From Octopus bimaculoides (lineage: Eukaryota): DNA of 64,000 bases. The stretch is taken from contig NC_068984.1 in the NCBI RefSeq assembly GCF_001194135.2, positions 88,213,568 to 88,277,567 of the forward strand, written 5' to 3'. Positions within the stretch are counted from its first letter, which is position 1. Each line of letters starts with the position of its first letter. The notes under the pieces were generated by a model that ran no database searches, was not told the DNA's origin, and worked only from the letters and a program-made list of their open reading frames with translations. Of the stretch, positions 1-13,801 are shown one piece after another. The translations under genes were made by a program, and so were the position numbers.

Positions 1-310
1 GATGATGTTACAACTTAAGTAAATTAGTTATTTTTTATTAAACATAACTTGTCCAGGAACTTTTCGATACCACCTCGTAGATGAGCTTTCGTTTTTTTCA
101 CAATGTTCAGGAGTTGTCTTTCAACCATTTGATGTAACACCCATTCATTTGTTCTTGTAAGAGACTTGTAACATTCATTTGCATTGCTTATGTTCTCTTC
201 GGTTTTGTTTAGAGGCCACATTCACAACCATAAATGCCTATTGGCCACATGAGTGCCTTATTTACATGATTTACATTCAATGGATATTTGTCCTCACCCT
301 GTTTGTTGTT

Positions 311-356
311 AACACAACGTTTTGGCTGATATACCCTCCAGCCTTCATCAGGTGTC
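311..356 (-). ncRNA. Minimal type I hammerhead ribozyme motif (degenerate, G12>A)
   Basis: Minus strand reads GACAC-CTGATGA-A-GGCTG-(10 nt)-CAGCC-AAAA-CG-TT-GTGTT: helix I GACAC/GTGTT, core CUGAUGA, helix II GGCTG/CAGCC, palindromic helix III AACGTT. GAAA is mutated to AAAA. Confidence 0.7.
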
Positions 357-404
357 TTGGGGAATTTTGAACCTGGGTTCTCATTCCTAAGGTATTTTCC
401 CCAA

Positions 405-450
405 GACACCTGAAGAAGGCTAGAGGGTATATCAGCCAAAACGTTGTGTT
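405..450 (+). ncRNA. Minimal type I hammerhead ribozyme motif (degenerate)
   Basis: GACAC-CTGAAGA-A-GGCTA-GAGGGTATAT-CAGCC-AAAA-CGTT-GTGTT. Same topology as 311-356, with GAAA>AAAA and one helix II mismatch. Confidence 0.65.
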
Positions 451-1127
451 AAAAACAAAGAAGATGAGGACAAATATCCGTTGAATGTAAATAATGTACA
501 TAATTCATCTCTTGAATATAGAACTGTAGAGCACACTAGCCTTGTTTTTAACTTGATTGGGACACTATTGTTGATCCAGATGTTAAGTTTTTTCATAGAT
601 ACCCTTGCTATGTGTCCTAATTTCTTCCTTACAAATGGCTTCATCAGAGATTTGGGCTCCAAGGTACAATTCAACTTGTTTGAGCCTCTCACTGTTCAAA
701 TAATAAAATAAGTCAACAAAGTAACCTCTACATGTCCATTTGACCTACTAGAAATAACATCAAAATCTCCCACAAATCACACCCTTCCATCAAAGGACTC
801 TTTGAACAATCAAGTCCTTGATGTACAAAAAAGATGCAACTAGAATGCCTTTGTCAGTCTCATTCAAAGCTGACAAGGCTAAACAACATGAACAATATAA
901 AATAAGTTAACGTTGTTTTACCATATTTTCAATGAAATACACTGCTTTTGTTTCAATTAATTTTGAAAATAACAACGAATTCAGTAAAATTTAGTAGAAT
1001 TTATCAAGCAGGGCCATTTCCCTAAGGGATCAGTAATTTGTCTGTCTTCTTACTTACTCAGACTTTGATCTTTGCTAAATTAACTCTAAGGCCCTTTGAT
1101 TCCAGACTCTGCTTACAGAGTGAAATT

Positions 1128-1270
1128 CATTTTCTAGTTCTGTTGTAATTCAGCAATAAGAACAAAGTCATCAGTGTAGAGAAGCTTCCAAGAGCAGCTT
1201 GTCTTAAATTCCTCTGTTGTGGCCTGGAAGGCTATGATAAACAAGACAGGGCTGAGAACTCCTACCTATA
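1128..1270 (-). mobile_element. RTE-clade LINE reverse transcriptase fragment
   Basis: Same nucleotide family as 60200-60350 (VLSP.LF....QA.TEEFKT.C.W.LLY.DD region). Confidence 0.65.
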
Positions 1271-1308
1271 CACTAAATTCCTTGAGAGAGAGAGGATAGG
1301 GGGGGGGA

Positions 1309-1401
1309 GAAAGAAAGAGAGAGAGAGAGAGAAAGAGAGAGAAAGAGAGAGAAAGAAAGAGAGAGAGAGAGAAACAGATAGACAGAAAGAGAAAGAGAGA
1401 G

Positions 1402-1486
<85 letters not shown>
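1309..1486. repeat. (GA)n/(GAAA) microsatellite
   Basis: Direct reading. Explains the LSLSLS ORF at 1266-1754. Confidence 0.95.
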
Positions 1487-1487
<1 letters not shown>

Positions 1488-3176
1488 CAAAGTATTACAA
1501 TAATACATCACCTGTAAACAATAAAATCCAGAGAGAAAAAACTTATTGGAAGTAGCAGTTTGTTGTGGTAAACATTGAGATCCAAGCTCAGTTAGGTCAG
1601 CAGCTAACCACTGTTCATACACCAAACTTTTAAGTTGGTCAACACTTAATGTAGAACCCTGAAAAGATAACCAAGAAAAAAATATTAATACCACAAACTG
1701 ATATCCTAAATTAAATTTAAATAGTTTACATTTGTCAAAATTTGAATAAAACAAAGCACAGAATCCTAAGTATTAGACATACAAAATATAAAGGGCTTTG
1801 AGCTAACTACAAAGGCCAAAAAATAACTGTTAAAAAGGCTTTTGGTAATGCATATACTCAAGTAACCAAGGATATATGAATTTTCCTGGAAGATGATTCC
1901 AAATAGATTGTGTTCAAGAAGAATGATTTGTATGTACTTAAATCAACAGAACATAACAGGATTCAGATGGATTCTGTTGCAAACACAGATTTTACAGCTG
2001 GATATATTCCTCCTACTGCTAACCACATCACACAAGAAATTTTGATGTCAAACTGAAAAGTACAGTAATGTATTTATCTAATGTAACATCATTCCTATCA
2101 TTGTAGTCCACTGCAGATCATGATTCTGATAACTTCTGAAAATATCACTCCTTCAGGAACACAACTAGTATAACTGCTGCAAGAGAAAGCATGCTTTCTT
2201 TTGTTTCTCTGCAATATGTACATCAGTCCATCATCAGTTAGAGCATTTTATTTTGATATTTGGAGTAACCAAATATCTTCTCTATAGCAAAACAGCTATT
2301 TCTATAACTCTATTATATTTGAAGCTCTCAGCTGGCACAAAGTCACCTCCTTCAATACTATTCCCCCTCCAAGTCAGGGGTCTTTGTCTTGCAAGTTACT
2401 TGGTGATTCTTCAGGTGTTGTTGCCACATAAAATGTACACAATGCACTCTGTAAAATAGTTGGCATTAAGAAAGGCATCCAGCCATAGAAACCATGCCAA
2501 AACTGACAATGGAGACTGATGCAGCTCTTTAACTTCCCAGCTCCCGTTAAACTGTCCAACCCATGCCAGCATAAAAAATAAACATTATATGATGATGATG
2601 GCCACTAGAAAGCTGAGTGTATAACCATCCATAACCTATGAAAGAATGATTCTGTTTAATTCTAAATACTACCCTAATTCATTATCCTCACCATTTTACA
2701 TTTACTTTCAATAATGAAGTAGTTATCATCATCATCATCATCGTTTAATGTCCAGCTTCCATGCTGGCATAGGTTGGACAGTTTGACAGGAGCCGAGTAG
2801 GAAGAAGACTACACCAGACTGCTATGTCTGTTTTGGCATGGATTTTACAGCTGGATGCCCTTCGTAACATCAACCACCCTACAGAGTAGACTGAGTGCTT
2901 GTTGTGTGGCACCTGCACAGGCAAGGTCAGTTTTGGTATGGTTTTTACAGGTGGATGCCCTTCCAAATGCCAACCACTTCACAGTGTGGAGTGGGTGCTT
3001 TTTATGTGGCACCAGCACCAGCAGGGTCACCAAGTAACTTGCAAGACAAAAAATTTTGAGAGGAGAGGGGGCATTGGAGGAGGTGATCTTGTGTCAGATG
3101 AAAGGTTAGAGTGTGACAGAGACACAGAAGCAGATACAGGTATCTTGCTATAGAGGAAGTACATGGTTACACAGCC

Positions 3177-3372
3177 AGAGAAAGAGAGGGAGAGGGAGAG
3201 GAAGAGAAAGTGGAAGAGAGAGGGAGAGGAAGAGAGAGGGAAGAGGAAGAGAGGGGGAGGAAGAGAGGAAGAGGAGAGAGAAAGAGGGAGAGAGGGGGGA
3301 GGAAGAGAAAGAGGGAGAGGGGAGAGAACAAGACAGAGAGAGGGAAGGAGAAAGAGAGAGAGAGAGAGAGGT
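3177..3372. repeat. Polypurine (GA/GGA-rich) low-complexity tract
   Basis: Almost exclusively G/A. Explains the R/E/G-rich ORFs at 3027-3496. Confidence 0.9.
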
Positions 3373-4116
3373 GACAAGGGATCATATATTGCTCATTGCA
3401 TTATATTTTAGCATTTCAACAATTGGATGCCTTTCCTCATACCAACCATTCTACACAGTATACTGGGTACTATTTTTTTGTAGCACCAACACTTGAGAGA
3501 TTGTCATGCCTTCAACGAGACAAGACCAGTAGGTCCTCTCAACGTTATGCCATCTCTGCTCATTCACCAACCACTTTACTCAGAATATTTTATCAGGGCA
3601 CCAGCACTAGTGAGGTTGATTTGCACTCTGCAACACAAAAGCAGTCCTCACTGCTTGATACTGTCTCTCTGTTTGTTCAGGTAATTTTACCAACAGAGTA
3701 GGTAGAAGGGAGGACAGTTGCAGAATATGAAGAAGAGTGATAGAAGAGACTAAAAACAGGCAGAGAAACAGAATAATGGAGGAGACAGCATAGAAGAGGA
3801 AGGAGATACTGAAAAAGACAGTGCTAAAAGAGTAAGGAAGAGAAGCAGTAATGGTAGGATATATAGAGACAGTAATGGCATAGACAATAATGTCAGCTAC
3901 ATGTTTGTTTGAGTGGGAGAGAGACGGGGGAGAGGGATGGATAGCCAGTAATAAGTGACCTGTGAGAGTGGGAAGGACAGTTAGCATTACAGAAGGGTAA
4001 TGCCAGATGATAAAGGTGAGCATGGATGATGGAGATGGCAAAAGCATGAGAGTGATAAACATCCATAAAGTGACCCGAAGAAGAAGAAAAGAGAATGAAG
4101 GCAGCTACACTTTTGG

Positions 4117-4161
<45 letters not shown>

Positions 4162-4229
4162 ATGGGTAACAGTAGAGATGGTCGGTGATAGACGTCAACA
4201 AGAATTGATCTCCAGGAGAGAGGGTGGTG

Positions 4230-4720
4230 GCTAACAGTAGACTAATGTTAGTTGCTGAGAGAAAGCATGAGTGATGAATATCAGGATAATGCTAAAAGGA
4301 TAACAGATGTCAATAAAAAGAAAGGCAACAGTGGTTGGCAGTACAGCTATCGGACAACTCTCGGATTCGTCGCAAAAGCTGGGTGGGGTTTGGGTCCCTG
4401 AGATGCTCATCTTGTAAGAGTACGAAATTTACTCTCAGGCGAGAGAGAGTTACACTGGAGAACCTCAGCTTTGAAGGTTTCGTAAGTCATATCCGATGGC
4501 GTTCCTGTTATCATGTCTCACACTGAAAGTGCGAGGGGAGGAGGAATGCCAGTAAGAACGAGGTGGAGTTTGCTCTGGGCCAACTGAATGTTAGAAGAAA
4601 TGAAGAATGATTCCAGTCATGAAAACCACATCTTGGCATCTCCATGATAGTGAGACAAAGGAAAATGACTCACCTTGGATAATAGGAAGGGAACAACACG
4701 AAGAACAAGCTGGTTGAAGA
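4230..4720 (-). mobile_element. Ty3/Gypsy gag remnant
   Basis: Minus-strand translation DAKMWFS*LESFF...QSKLHLVLTGIPP...MTYETFKAEVL...DEHLRDPNPTQLLRRIREL matches the Gypsy gag pattern DPxLWF...YExLKxxL...LGDxKPSQLLRRM. A possible PBS (TGGTGACCC) lies on the minus strand near 5132-5140. Confidence 0.65.
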
Positions 4721-6204
4721 AACACCATTAGAAATGGCAGTCAAAACACCCTAGTTGAAAGAAGACACAACAAACAACGAACTAGGAAAATTCTTTTTCA
4801 ATAGCAGAGGATGAAAACAGAAGAAATAATTTTTTTTTCCTTTTTTTATAAGCAAGAAGAAAATTCTCTGGGGTGCCATATTTTCAAATGATGGAAGTTG
4901 TAAATTCAGTTACAACCTGAGGAAAAATGATTTGCAGTTTCCCACTTGGAAATAACGCCAAAATTTTCCTGGTGAAGAAGACAATATGGCGACAAGAGAC
5001 ATCAGTGGTGTTCCTATATGACAAGAGGCAATTTGGTTGCATAGCCAGAGTCGCGAAGGAGAAAAGGGAATACATATTCACTGGTCTGTATTTGCCTGGT
5101 GTTCACCATTTTAGAAGTCTGTGTTCACATTGGGTCACCATTTTAGATGTTGTAGGTCGTCGTTGAGTCACCTAATATGACTCTCAGAAGGCTGTAATCT
5201 CGCTGGTAGTAAAGCCAGATGGAAAGCATATACAAGCAAGGTTGTAACTTTAAACACGTTTATTGTGGCCACACGTATATGGAATGATAAATAAAATGGT
5301 TGGTGTGTAAAGGCCATGGTCTTCTGTGCTATGCTCCTATCTGCAAGCTGGCCTGAGGCATAAGATAGAGCCAGTCAAGTTGCATTCTCATAGCTTGCAT
5401 GTCAGTGCAGAAAAAAAGGATGAGATGAGGTCACATGTCTGAACCTCAATGTTGTGTAACACTCTATATCTGTATAGCCAGCTTGTTTACCTGCTGTCAA
5501 GGGGTGTAATGCGCCTACACCATGTTAGCAGCAACAAAGTTCTCTCCCTAGGTTCTGTTGGGGAGTCTTTTTATCTGATCACACTCTGACTCACCATAAA
5601 TGAAACTGAACACAGATAAAAAAAAAAAAGCTGTCTTAATTATATTCACCAAAAGCAAAAACATCAATACCTAGTGTTTATGAGGTATTTTTTAAAATTC
5701 ATCTTTTGTCTCTTCCACATTTTGAACAACTCCACTGTTCAAATACCTGTCATCCTGCATTGAGGAAATCTATATCAACTCATTGTTGATATCATCTTCC
5801 ATGATGACATCATGGCATCTTTGAACTTGTTATGTGCTATGTACCACCTGTCCAAGACCATCCACTGCCCTCATCTCAACTTTCCTCATCATCCCTATCA
5901 TGCCTCACCCCTCTCCAACTTCTGCATTTATCTTTCTTTTACCTGTTTTAGGCATTAGACTGCAGCCATGCTGGAGCATTGCCTTGAAGAAATTTTAGTC
6001 AAATGAATCAATGACAGTACTTATTATTTTTTCCTTTCAGGTTTGTTTAGTCTATCGGTCTCTTTTGCCAAACCCCTAAGTTACAGGGACATAAACATGC
6101 CAACACCATGTTAAGTGGTAGTGGGACACAGACACACACACAAACACACACACAGCACATATATATACATATATGACCAGACATATATATATATATATAT
6201 ATAT

Positions 6205-6707
6205 ATATGTCTGGTCATAGAGTGACCAGTGGTTTTGCATCCATAAAATGCTTAGCTTTATAGATGACTCATCAGACTCTAATATCAGTGGCCATTGGAG
6301 CCTGATGAGGGTTAAACTCCAGTTTCTGATCTAGGTGTAAAACAACATGTAGTAAATGAATATGAAAAAATGCACGCTGGTGAACAGAGAAGGGGGCAGA
6401 GAGGACATGGAAAATTACACTAATTTTTTTTTTACATTTTTGTAACTGGGTGTTAACATTGAGTTTTCAGATCCTGTGAGTTTGATCATGTGAATTTTCC
6501 AAGATTTTTTCTTCTCTCCCCTCCCCGTTCGCCAAAATGCATTTTTTTTCATATTTGTTTACAAAATGTTGTTTTACACCTACTACACTATTTTTTCCCC
6601 CATTCTTTTGCCCAGGTCAAAAGCTGGTATTTAAACTTAAGGAGTTGTCTATAAAGCTAAGTGCATTATGGATGTGAAACCATTGGTCACTCTATGACCG
6701 GACATAT
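6205..6707. mobile_element. MITE / non-autonomous DNA transposon with ~55-bp TIRs inserted in a TA run
   Basis: 6205-6259 (ATATGTCTGGTCATAGAGTGACCAGTGG...GCTTAGCTTT) is the imperfect reverse complement of 6653-6707. A partial extra end at 6172-6184 makes the (TA)n run a palindrome. Confidence 0.75.
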
Positions 6708-9700
6708 ATTTAACTTCATGTAAGTACATTACTGCTCTAACTTTTAGAGTATGCTTCGTTTTTGGATATATGATCCACTGACGATATATATGATGGGCTT
6801 CTATCAGTTCCGTCTACCAAATCTACTCACAAGGCTTTGGTTGGCCCAAGGCTATAGTAGAAGACACTTGCCCAAGGTGCCATGCAGTGGGACCGAACCA
6901 GGAACCATGTGATTGGGAAGCAAGCTTCTAACCACACAGCCACACCTGTACCTATTTATTTATGATTCTCAATTAATCATCTTAAGAACTTCAGCCCTCT
7001 ACAATTATTATTTCCCTGTACACATTTTCCTTGCAAACATCAAGCAACAGACAAGCAAATTGGACATTGATTTCATCAGTGAAGGAGGATATTCAAAGTT
7101 TATGGATACCAACCACTGCTTATTCTGATTAAATAATTTAAAAACAAAAAAGACTAACATTTAGATAATGAATATAACATACCTGATGTTCTTCCTTAAG
7201 CCAATCAATACAAGCATCTAACCATTCCATTGGTACTTGGATATGTTTGCTTTTTAAGAATATGTGTACTTCCTCCATAATAGCTACCAAAGAATTTGTG
7301 GTGTCCTTTTATTTTCATATGAAAAGAAAGTATTAGTTTTCTATAAGATACTATCAACTTCAAATATTTAAGTAACATTAACAAAACATACAAACTTTCA
7401 TCATCATTTAAAAAAAAAAATTTTTTAATAATAACTGTTATGAGACAATGAAGAAACTGCTATGAAAGTGCTTCATCTTGCAGAATCAGCAACCAAATTT
7501 CTTCAGATATGTTCTACAGTTTTAAAAAGAGAACACATATGGGCAATGTAGTCTCTGATATACAAAAGACAGAAAATATTTGATAAGAAAAGTAAATCAG
7601 AACTAATCTGGGACAAAACAACATTATTCTTAATAAAAATCACTTCTTCCTGTAGATTGTATCAATAATTCTATTACAATGACAATGGAACCACTTCAAG
7701 GATTCAATTTCAATTTCCTAGAAACTTCTGGAAGGAGTGAGATAGCAGTAACCGACCACTGATTGAGGGAAAGTATAGAAGTAGAGATTAAGAATCAGTG
7801 GGAGAAGTTCAGAAGTTTTTTTATCTCTATAGGAATTAAAAAGGTTTTGTATTGCCCTGATATATATATATGAGCCAAGAAGTAAAAGTCTATGTTATCA
7901 TTCGGCCAGCTAGAAATGGCAACCAAATTTTCCTAAACTAACACACCACCATTTGAAATAGAGAGAATAGATGCATTCCCACACACTTCTAAAAAGGCAT
8001 AATGGTCACAGCTGGAATGGTATTGATCATAGGTTTGCTTGATTAGGAGTGACCTGGGGGTTAAACAACAAAGGCAATTTCTCTCTCCATGGAAAAGACA
8101 GACTGAATGGAGTATGTGTACGATGCTACATGGTGATGAAACTTGGACACTGAAAGCAGAACAACAAAGACTGGAGAGAAATAAGTTAGATATGAGAGGC
8201 TGAGCACAAGTAACCTTAACACATTAAGCACAACGGGTCACAATCGTGGCCGTCAGGCACAGATCAACAGGCCACGATCATGGCCCAGATAGATGCATTT
8301 AATTTATGGGTGTTTGTTAAAATGCCTGTCAAAAGATAGTTCAACTAATGACTTTTCAGATGATGTAAAACTTGCCACCATCATATACTAAGAAGATATT
8401 TTACCTATTTTTTGTTTTTTACGTGTGCATGGTAGTCTCATTTTCATAAAATGTGCTCAGCAGTTCATTCTATGTCAGTGCAAATCCCAGTGCTTTGTGG
8501 GTTAAAAGAACGGCTATATATGTATGTTAGGCCTCGGGGAGTGAATGCTCAAATTTTGTGAAGTTAAACTTAATGTGTTGTGACATAAACTAACATTAGA
8601 GCTGAGAACTGAGAGAAACTTCCCCACAAAAAATGCCAGGTGACAACACCTGTCTTGACTGTTTCTTGCTGGTGAAAATAACTTCCAAAAGTGAAGCCCG
8701 TAACCTGCAAAACCTAGCAAAATGAATTTTTCTTAAGCCTTACAAGCAGTTTTATTGATTAGGTACACCCGCACCTTCAATGGGATGCCGGGATGGCGAT
8801 AGCTGAGTTACTATGAAGGCCATGATCACTAGCAATCAACAGCAGTGGAGAAGGATATTAAAGTATCAACTAATATGTACAGCAGAGACAACAGTACTGG
8901 TTTCACATAAGCAAAGTGAATGACAATATTTACAGGGTTGCAAAAGTCATGTAATAATAGTGGAAGTCATCAATGTCACAGAAAAACTAAAGAATAAAGT
9001 CAGAACACAGGATTGACAGAGAAGACAGAAAAAAATTACAGGGATGATAAGCTTGCCAACCAAGTTTAAGAGGCTGTAAAAGAATCTGAAAATATTTAGT
9101 TGAATAAATCTCAAAATTTATGCCCGGCTAGGCACAAGAGATGCAGAAACACTCTAAATCAATGAAAATATTGATTTCAAATTTTGATACATGGCCAGCA
9201 AGTTCAGGGGAGGGGGTAAGTCGTTTACATCGACTCCAGTGCCCTTTTTTATCGACCCTGAATGGATGAAAGGCAAAGTCGATCGCGGCGGAATTTGAAC
9301 TTGAAACGTGAAGACGGACGAAATGTCACTAAGCATTTCGCACGGCGTGATAACGATTCTACCAGTTCGCTGCCTTAAACCATTGAAAATATTAGCACAT
9401 ATGTGCAAGACACAGCTGTATTACATATTTAATGCACAAGGACAATAACTACTAGACTTGTGCAAGAAATATGCGCATAAGAAGGAAAATACTGAGAGTT
9501 GACATTCGGGAGGGATTGGGTAAAGCGGATAGTGTAGGAGGAATACAAAACGGATGACAAGTGAAATAGAAATGGATGTCAGAAGGGCTTCGTTAAAAGT
9601 GATATGTAGCTTGTTAGCTCCAAGGAACAGAGGTTGTTGTAGTAGTTATAAATGAGAATAAAGAGTGAGGAAACATCACACCTGTGGGCGAGAGTTTGAA

Positions 9701-10289
9701 ATAGTTTGGTAAACAATAGCTTGAGTAGTGAGTCTAACCAGTTGAATGGATTACCTTTAGATGCAATCTATGATGTTTCTATGTGCCGCAGGTGTTTAAA
9801 CAATAACTGCTAACAGTAAATTTTAAACATGTCTCTCGGTAGATAAATGTAGACACCGCTTTTGTTGAAGGTTACTGAATTTACATTAGAAAAGAAATAG
9901 TGTAGTTTTCGGAAGATTTCTAATGTTGATTCATAATGAAAATAATCAATAAATGTTTAAACTTAATAATTGTAGTATTACAATAACTCACAAGAACAGG
10001 AGTAATTATCATACATGCTGCTTATAAAAACAAAACAACCAATTTAATATGAAAAAGGAAATATTTGCTGATATAATGCGGGAAATTACGGAAAACACGC
10101 ATCAACGTCGTAAGCAAATTATGACATTATTATGCACGTGGTTAGTTAGTATTTTCGTAATTTTCGTAAACAAAATTAATAATAGTTAACAATTTTAAAA
10201 TTAATTAAAATTATAAGTAAATACGTTTCAAGTTTAAATTATGTACTTTAGGAATGACTTTAATTATCTGAATACTAAACTAAATGTCT

Positions 10290-10380
10290 TAATTTGGTGA
10301 GGTCGTGAAATCGTCATCTGCCAAGAGGTTCTCGTCGATCAGGTTTGCAGCAGTCGATCTTTTCAAAAATTGTATCGAAA
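10290..10380 (+). other. Putative non-coding first exon (5' UTR) of a plus-strand gene
   Basis: CpG-containing unique sequence ending in a consensus donor AAAG|GTAAGA at 10380/10381, with no ATG. The start coordinate is approximate. Confidence 0.35.
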
Positions 10381-13300
10381 GGTAAGAACACATATTAAAA
10401 AACATACCTTTTGTGTTTTCATGATTTCATTTACATTTTACAACATTTGTAAGCACTTGATCTTGTTCGCCTAGTAATTTCTGTTTTTAAATCGAAATCA
10501 GTGAAAATAATGATGTTTTAGTCTAAATTATTTTATAAAACATTTCTGTATGAAAAAACAAAAGATAAATTAGAAATTACTTTAAGCATCATAAAAATTT
10601 TTTTGATAACATAGAATTTTAAAATCAAAATAGGGAAAGGTAAATTTATGTTTAAATCAATTCAAAGGATTGCAGAAAACAAAGAAGAAAAAAAACTAAA
10701 CAAAAGAAAGTCGGTTCCATTTGTCCATTTTATTTGGTCACAAGTGTTTCATTGTTTTCATTCTATACTTCGTCTTCAGCACTGAACGAGCTATTGCGTA
10801 TCAATTGTTAAGGCGATGAGGGTAAAGTTTGAATGAGATTTGCTGTTATTTCTAGCAGATTGGACGTCTGCAGAAACGTTTCTGTCGTTGACCTGACTGT
10901 TCAGTTAAGCATGTTTCACCCAAGTTTGCAAAAGCTAACCTTCTACATTTAACAGTCCTGATATCTATTATTATAACACTGAACATAACCTGCATAAATG
11001 TGTATATTGCTCTTTATAGTTGTCTTTTTAAACAACACACAATCGCTGTTTAGCCCTAGGTCGGATCGATTCGTGTAAACATGATCAAGATAGTTCCAGC
11101 CATTGCCGTCTTGTATTTTTCACGCATCGTGTATCATTATGTTTTATCCAATATAGTATTTGTTGTAATTTTCTTTAAACTGGCAGGGTCTTAAAATCTA
11201 AAGGAAATTTGGCTGTTATTTCTCACATGTCGGGTGATTACACAAAAGGCGTTCATGGCGGTTGCTCAACTTGTATTCAATAATGCTGTAGTTTGCCGAA
11301 ACTCTTTACATATTTTGAAGATAGTATATTTGGCGATTGTTTTCAGAGAACATATTTTGTGAAATATGTGAAGTCGTAAAGAACAGTCTGTCCATTGTTT
11401 TAACATTTATTTGATTCAAATCATCTGAAAGAGATTATCAGTATCTTGCAGATACTTTCTTCAATCCTTCTAAGGCACATACATCAACAGTGTTTGGGTG
11501 CCGGACGGGGTCCTACAAAGTTTCGTCATAGTTCTGGACTACGTCCAGGGTGGTTAGCAGTTGCAGATCATGAAATAAGTTTTGCCGACTTTGCTACCGG
11601 ATGAAATCACAGATACTCAACTCCTTCTGTTAAAAATAAAAACCGAGAGCGACAAAGTGGGGACAGGAAAAATGAATACATAGCCAACATCATAGGTGGC
11701 CACAAACCGTCGAAGACTGTTGAAGGTGCTCGGAGAAGAACGTTGGGGCCTTGGTAGGCTTTCCTGAAAAGAGCTCAATAATAACAGAAAAGCTGTATTT
11801 CTAAATTGTCCGTCTAACTCAAGAGGAGAATCTTCATAATAGTAATCGAAACAATCCTCCTTTGCGAGTGCGAAACCTAGACTCTCACTGTACTCTTGCA
11901 ATTACCCTGTTAGCTGTTACACTTGGATACTTCAAATGGCCTTCAGTGTCAATTGAATGTAGAAAATGACTAACGGGGATCTCTAAGGCAATTTCCTTCA
12001 TTTGACCAAAACAGCAAGAAAACGGATGTAGCTTTCAGGGCAATGTTTAAAACACCAAAGTTGCCCACCAGCCAATTCATTATCTGAAACCGAGCCATGG
12101 GAAGATAAACCATAGGCATCCCCTGGAAAATAATGCCAAGACAGCGACAGAGGATAGTGGTGCTTGCGCTCATAGAATGGGAAATGTAATGTGTCCCACA
12201 TCTTACCCGCTGTAAATACAAGTTGTAGCCGACAGATGATAATTATGACGAACAATTTATTAAACAACAAAATATCTTTCTTTAGGTTGTGAATGTTTTG
12301 ATATAAAAGAGATTACAGTAAATGCAGGGTATTATTTCATCATTTTGTTAGTGGGATATCAGAAGCTACTGATTTAAATGTGTTGTTCTGAGTCTGTACT
12401 CACAACAGAATCAATATATGCAATGTGATTCTGTACTGCGATGGAGTTTTTAAAATGCGGATATGTCCAGACAATATGAGCAAGGAGGAGCCACAACAAT
12501 ACTCTCTCTCTCTCTCTCACTCACAACTATATGTAAACCATGTCTATTTAATATTTTAACTCAGGCAAATAAAATTTTATTTTCAAATAGAAAGAATAAA
12601 CTTAAAAATTATATCTTTATATTATTGACCATCGGGGTCTGCAGAGTGTTTTTGCATTATATATGTGATATATATGTATTATATATGTAATAATTAATTT
12701 ACATATAAGCATGTACATATTTTAGAACATTGTCATTTTATAAGATTTTGTAGTCTTCAGAGAATCCAGGATATTTAATAAATCAAACATTGATGAATTG
12801 TTTAATGTTGCTCTGATAGAAGAGATCTGTGATCAAAAACCCTCTAAATACTTTCATTTATCTATGAATACATTATCTAATGTTGTTGTTACTGCGGGTT
12901 ACGAGGAACTTGACTGCTTTTTCTAGCATGTGGAGCGCACACAAATAGACTACCTGGTCAGCTGCTTTTATGTATTTTACTTTTAAGGCTGAAATTTGTT
13001 GTACAGTATATATGGATGCTCAGATTTATAAGAGCCAAACGTTAACAAATTTTAAACAATAAGAGTATAAAAACAAATATGCAGGCTAGAATGTTAGCCT
13101 CGGGTTCATGCTTAATATATTTGGCCTTAAGGCCATTCAAACGCAGTCTAAGAAAATGTTATACATGGCGAATATTAAATCAATAAATGTTAAATTTATT
13201 TACTCCCAGTGGATGAACAGAAAAGAAAATGATAATTATAGCTAAGAAAAATGCGATTTTTCATTTAAATACCGTAAATAATAAAAGAAGTAATTAAAAG

Positions 13301-13476
13301 AATTAAATCTTTTATTAATAATTGACTGTACATAACTTGTATAAAAAATATAGCAATGCATTATATATACAATTGTATTGGACGTAAGTAAAATAAATCC
13401 CCTTTTGTTTCATTTATCAAATTTAAAAAAAAATTGTTAGTTTAGTTGGTGTTAGCTCCTCATCTTCGATCTCCGT

Positions 13477-13555
13477 TCATGATTGCCGTTTACCCACGAA
13501 TTCTCGATAATCTTTGGTCATAGCTCCCTTTGGAACCCATAGTCCCTTATTGACA
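13477..13555 (-). CDS. Putative terminal coding exon of an unidentified minus-strand gene (VNKGLWVPKGAMTKDYREFVGKRQS*)
   Basis: Strong acceptor (CCTTTTTCTTCCCCAACTTCTTTTTTTACTAG|). One open frame to TGA, and AATAAA on the minus strand at 13311-13316. Confidence 0.45.
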
Positions 13556-13669
13556 CTAGTAAAAAAAGAAGTTGGGGAAGAAAAAGGATTTTACTATTTG
13601 CAATTTTTATTTAATTATAACTGAATTATATGAGAACAAAGTGTTTCTGATAGCTTACAAATAAAATTG

Positions 13670-13801
13670 GGTAATTTTTCAGATTAACACCCGCACGATT
13701 ACCTAACCCTAATCCTAGCCCTAACCCTAAAATTCTAACCCTGACCCTAAAACCCTAACCCCCTAGTGAAAATCTTGCGGGTGTTAATCTGAAAAATTAC
13801 C
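13670..13801. mobile_element. Merlin-like MITE with telomere-like (CCCTAA) core
   Basis: Perfect 26-bp TIR GGTAATTTTTCAGATTAACACCCGCA (13670-13695 / 13776-13801). Exact 8-bp TSD TAAAATTG (13662-13669 / 13802-13809). The interior is degenerate CCCTAA repeats. Confidence 0.8.

Larger units (their letters stand above)
260..505. mobile_element. Inverted (tail-to-tail) pair of Penelope-type pseudo-LTR units forming a long imperfect hairpin
   Basis: About 277-400 and 401-505 are reverse complements over the GGATATTTGTCCTCA...TTGGCTGATATACCCTCCAGCC...GTGTCTTGG module. The same module flanks the Penelope element at 19784-20780. Confidence 0.8.

Noticed and set aside
1266-4201. ORFs of 100-160 aa rich in L/S or R/E/G
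   Set aside because: They are translations of (GA)n and polypurine microsatellites.
4674-4750. Perfect-looking minus-strand exon (acceptor plus AAG|GTGAGT)
   Set aside because: It overlaps the start of a Gypsy gag remnant, so it is better explained as retroelement sequence.
6298-6325. CTGATGAG-containing hammerhead-like motif
   Set aside because: There is no GAAA core or helix I/III pairing, and it lies inside a MITE.
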